A DNA stretch of 64,000 nt from Anthoceros angustus (lineage: Eukaryota > Plantae > Anthocerotophyta). The notes beneath the pieces are model-generated. The model had not been told where the DNA came from. It saw only the letters and a list, made by a program, of their open reading frames with translations, and did not search any database. Below are positions 61,660 to 64,000 of this stretch, piece by piece; the first letter of the stretch is position 1; the number at the start of each line of letters is the position of its first letter. The stretch lies in the NCBI GenBank assembly GCA_010909165.1, contig MU008159.1, positions 1,798,001 to 1,862,000 on the forward strand, read 5' to 3'. The translations under genes and the position numbers were made by a program.

Positions 61660-62050
61660 CAGCGAATTTGTCGCAGAACGTAGGCACCAGCAAATTGGAG
61701 TCTGTTCCTAGCTTCTCTGCGGTCAAGGAATCCTGATTTGGGAGGAAGCTCATTCTACAGCTTAGAGTTGCTGCCTGGCAACAAGCCAAAGCACTTGAGC
61801 ATGAAGGCATGGACGAATGCAACTTCCTTCGACCTGTCAAACCTGCATGGACCAAGCGCGCAATTAGAGTACAGACAGGAGGGCGAAGATAGGGGAAAAC
61901 AGTGCTGCTGAAATCGCGCGATTACCTCCCTGACTTTGAGAAATGGCCAGAGCCTTGGTCACATTTGAGAAGAAGCAGGTTGATGTCCGTTTTCAGCTCT
62001 CGCAGCTTAGCCACGTACCTTTGCCGGCTCCCAGTAGCCAACTCTCGGAT
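61660..62050 (-). pseudogene. Duplicate of the last two oligopeptidase B exons (62050-61926, 61842-61755) with intron and 3'UTR
   Basis: Closely matches 55562-55964. Ends GSNSKL*. One extra base at 62018/62019. Confidence 0.93.
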
Positions 62051-62211
62051 CTGTACACATCCAGCACTTGTACAGACTGCAAATACAGACTGCAAATTCA
62101 GGCTGCAAATCTTGTACAGACTGTAAGAATGACAACTTACATTAGCACACAATTACAGACAAAACAAGCAAAAATATACAACCTAAACCTATTGAATACA
62201 AACCTACTTAC

Positions 62212-64000
62212 AGACTGGTGGTCGGATGGTGAACACTTCTGCCTTTTTGATGCATCCATTCTCTTTCTGGCCTCCTCGTCCATCATCCGCTTGAGTAATT
62301 CCTCTCTTTGAACTTGCAGATGCTGTTCTTTTCCCCTCTGCATTTGAAGCTCAACTTTTTGCACTTGAACTCTCCTTTCCTCACTTTTCCTTCGCTGGAT
62401 CTCCAAAGCTCTTTCTTTCATCTTCATCATTTTGTACTCTTGCTCTCTTGCCAAATAGACCTTGGCCAAATTCTATTCAAACTCCAAATCAGACTTAAGC
62501 AAACCTGATGGGATACCACCAGGAGGCACTGCTACCACCTCTCCAGGTGATGTGACATTCTCACCTCGCTGCTCCATAGCTGTAGAGGCAACCACAACTT
62601 CATCTATGTCAAACGATTGATTTGCCACTTAAACAGCATCAGTAGCTACACCAGATCAGAATCATCTGACTCACAGCTACAGGAGCGCATTCAATCTGCA
62701 TCAACAAAATATTAATTAAAAACCTCATAACAGGAATCATAAATACAAAAACTTCAACTCCACCTGCAACTCTTCCGGGAGAGTAATTTGAAAAACAGGG
62801 GACCCTGCCTTCCCTCTACCAAGAATTCTATGAGACAATAAAAAATTAAATACCTATAAAATTTGCAAAAACACAACATAAACAATGATATCAAAAGTTA
62901 CCTCTTCAAGTTGAGAAGATACAACCACTTCAGGAATATCTGGATCTCCACGCAAATCATCTCTCATGCTATTCAATTCTTCATTCAAAAGTGTAGGAAA
63001 ATTTTTCTTTTCTCCAGGGATCATACTGCAAATAGCAACAGCCTGCTGAGCTTTTTTCGTATGATCGTACCTAAAACACACAAAAGTAAGGTTTTAGAAC
63101 TGCTAAGAAAAAACCGGAAAGCAGCACATATAAGCAACCATAATTACCTCTAGAAACCGGCTTCAGTTTTATGACTAGTAACAGTTCTACCCCCAGCAGA
63201 GGGCACCTAAGCAAGCTGAAATCTTGTTATCATTGTAATCCGACAACCTTTATTACTGTAATGGTCTTTAAGTCCCACAGCATCCGCCATGCTCTTCATT
63301 AACTTTGTAAGCATTCCCTTGGACACACGATCTTTAGCATACCAGGCCTGCCAAAAGCAATCATAAGAAACTGCAACAAGTTAAAAGACACTCAAAACAC
63401 AAACATTGAGCAAAGTAAACTTACATGGCCTCTATGGTTGTCAATGGGAGTCTAGTTGAACAAAAATCCTTGGATATCTTTCTTGTCTTAGTTTGTCCAA
63501 ACGGGTAAATGGTCTATCACAGCTTTGAAGGTTTGAACAACATCGCCCTCGTGCATCTTGACAGGGGGTCGAAAATGTTCAGCCTAATAGTTTCTCATGT
63601 CAAATTTGTTGTTCTTGCTCAGCCTTTCTGTATACCTGGCAGAACAATATAGTACTTAGCACTAATTATACACATCATAGTAGACAAGCAAAATACAAAA
63701 CTTACACCACGAAATCTCCAGCTGAGTCTTTGGAAAAATTGAAGTCCGCAATCTTTGAATCGTATAACTCCTCTCCTTCCCGGACCCAGACCTGGATATA
63801 CAATAGTAGGCACACCTGCAAGGAATATGAATTAGCAGCTTTAACTTTGGTTCTGCTTTCAATACACTCAAAAGAAAATCAGGGAAAGCCAATTAGCACC
63901 TTCACCTTTTCTGAGCCCCTCTTGGAAAAGTATTCTGATGGTCAGGATGGTTGAGGATCAAAAGTTCCTCATCATCTGTGATGAGCTTTGTCTCCTTTCT
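62212..64000 (-). pseudogene. Crypton-like (DUF3504) tyrosine recombinase, spliced, with premature stops; runs off the right edge
   Basis: Exons >64000-63906, 63815-63706, 63635-63425, 63347-63148, 63070-62902, then exons to 62212. Translation: ITDDEELLIL..PRG; WVREGEELYD..ADFNFSKD; YTERLSKN; AWYAKDRVSKGMLTKLMKSMADAVGLKDHYSNKGCRITMITRF..VP..VTSHKTEAGF*RYD. Confidence 0.8.

Noticed and set aside
62473-63586. U-to-C RNA editing rescuing the TAG/TAA stops
   Set aside because: Reverse editing is an organellar process. This locus has spliceosomal introns, so methylation-driven decay is simpler.

Overview
Eukaryotic nuclear DNA from a land plant. Short ~100-nt GT-AG introns, GC-rich exons and the gene content point to a non-seed plant (bryophyte or lycophyte grade); that is inference. 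Host genes: a two-pore K+ channel (TPK) plus a rearranged pseudocopy, a PARP6/8-like N-terminal ORF, a bulb-type lectin, intronless ABCF4, an 11-exon oligopeptidase B ending in -SKL, and a damaged DTW-domain gene. About 60% of the window is transposon-derived. It holds two Ty1/copia elements and a ~15-kb Sola2-type DNA transposon (35-bp TIRs, AAGG TSD) that carries a second, convergent gene and splits a Gypsy-type accessory ORF. A 1.75-kb TIR element with a TTTT TSD is nested in a copia integrase. At the right end is a spliced Crypton-like (DUF3504) tyrosine recombinase pseudogene next to captured oligopeptidase B exons. The repeat regions are full of small indels and kb-scale tandem copies joined at imperfect microhomologies, which most likely reflect a noisy long-read consensus. 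All family assignments come from motif recognition by eye; no database searches were run.
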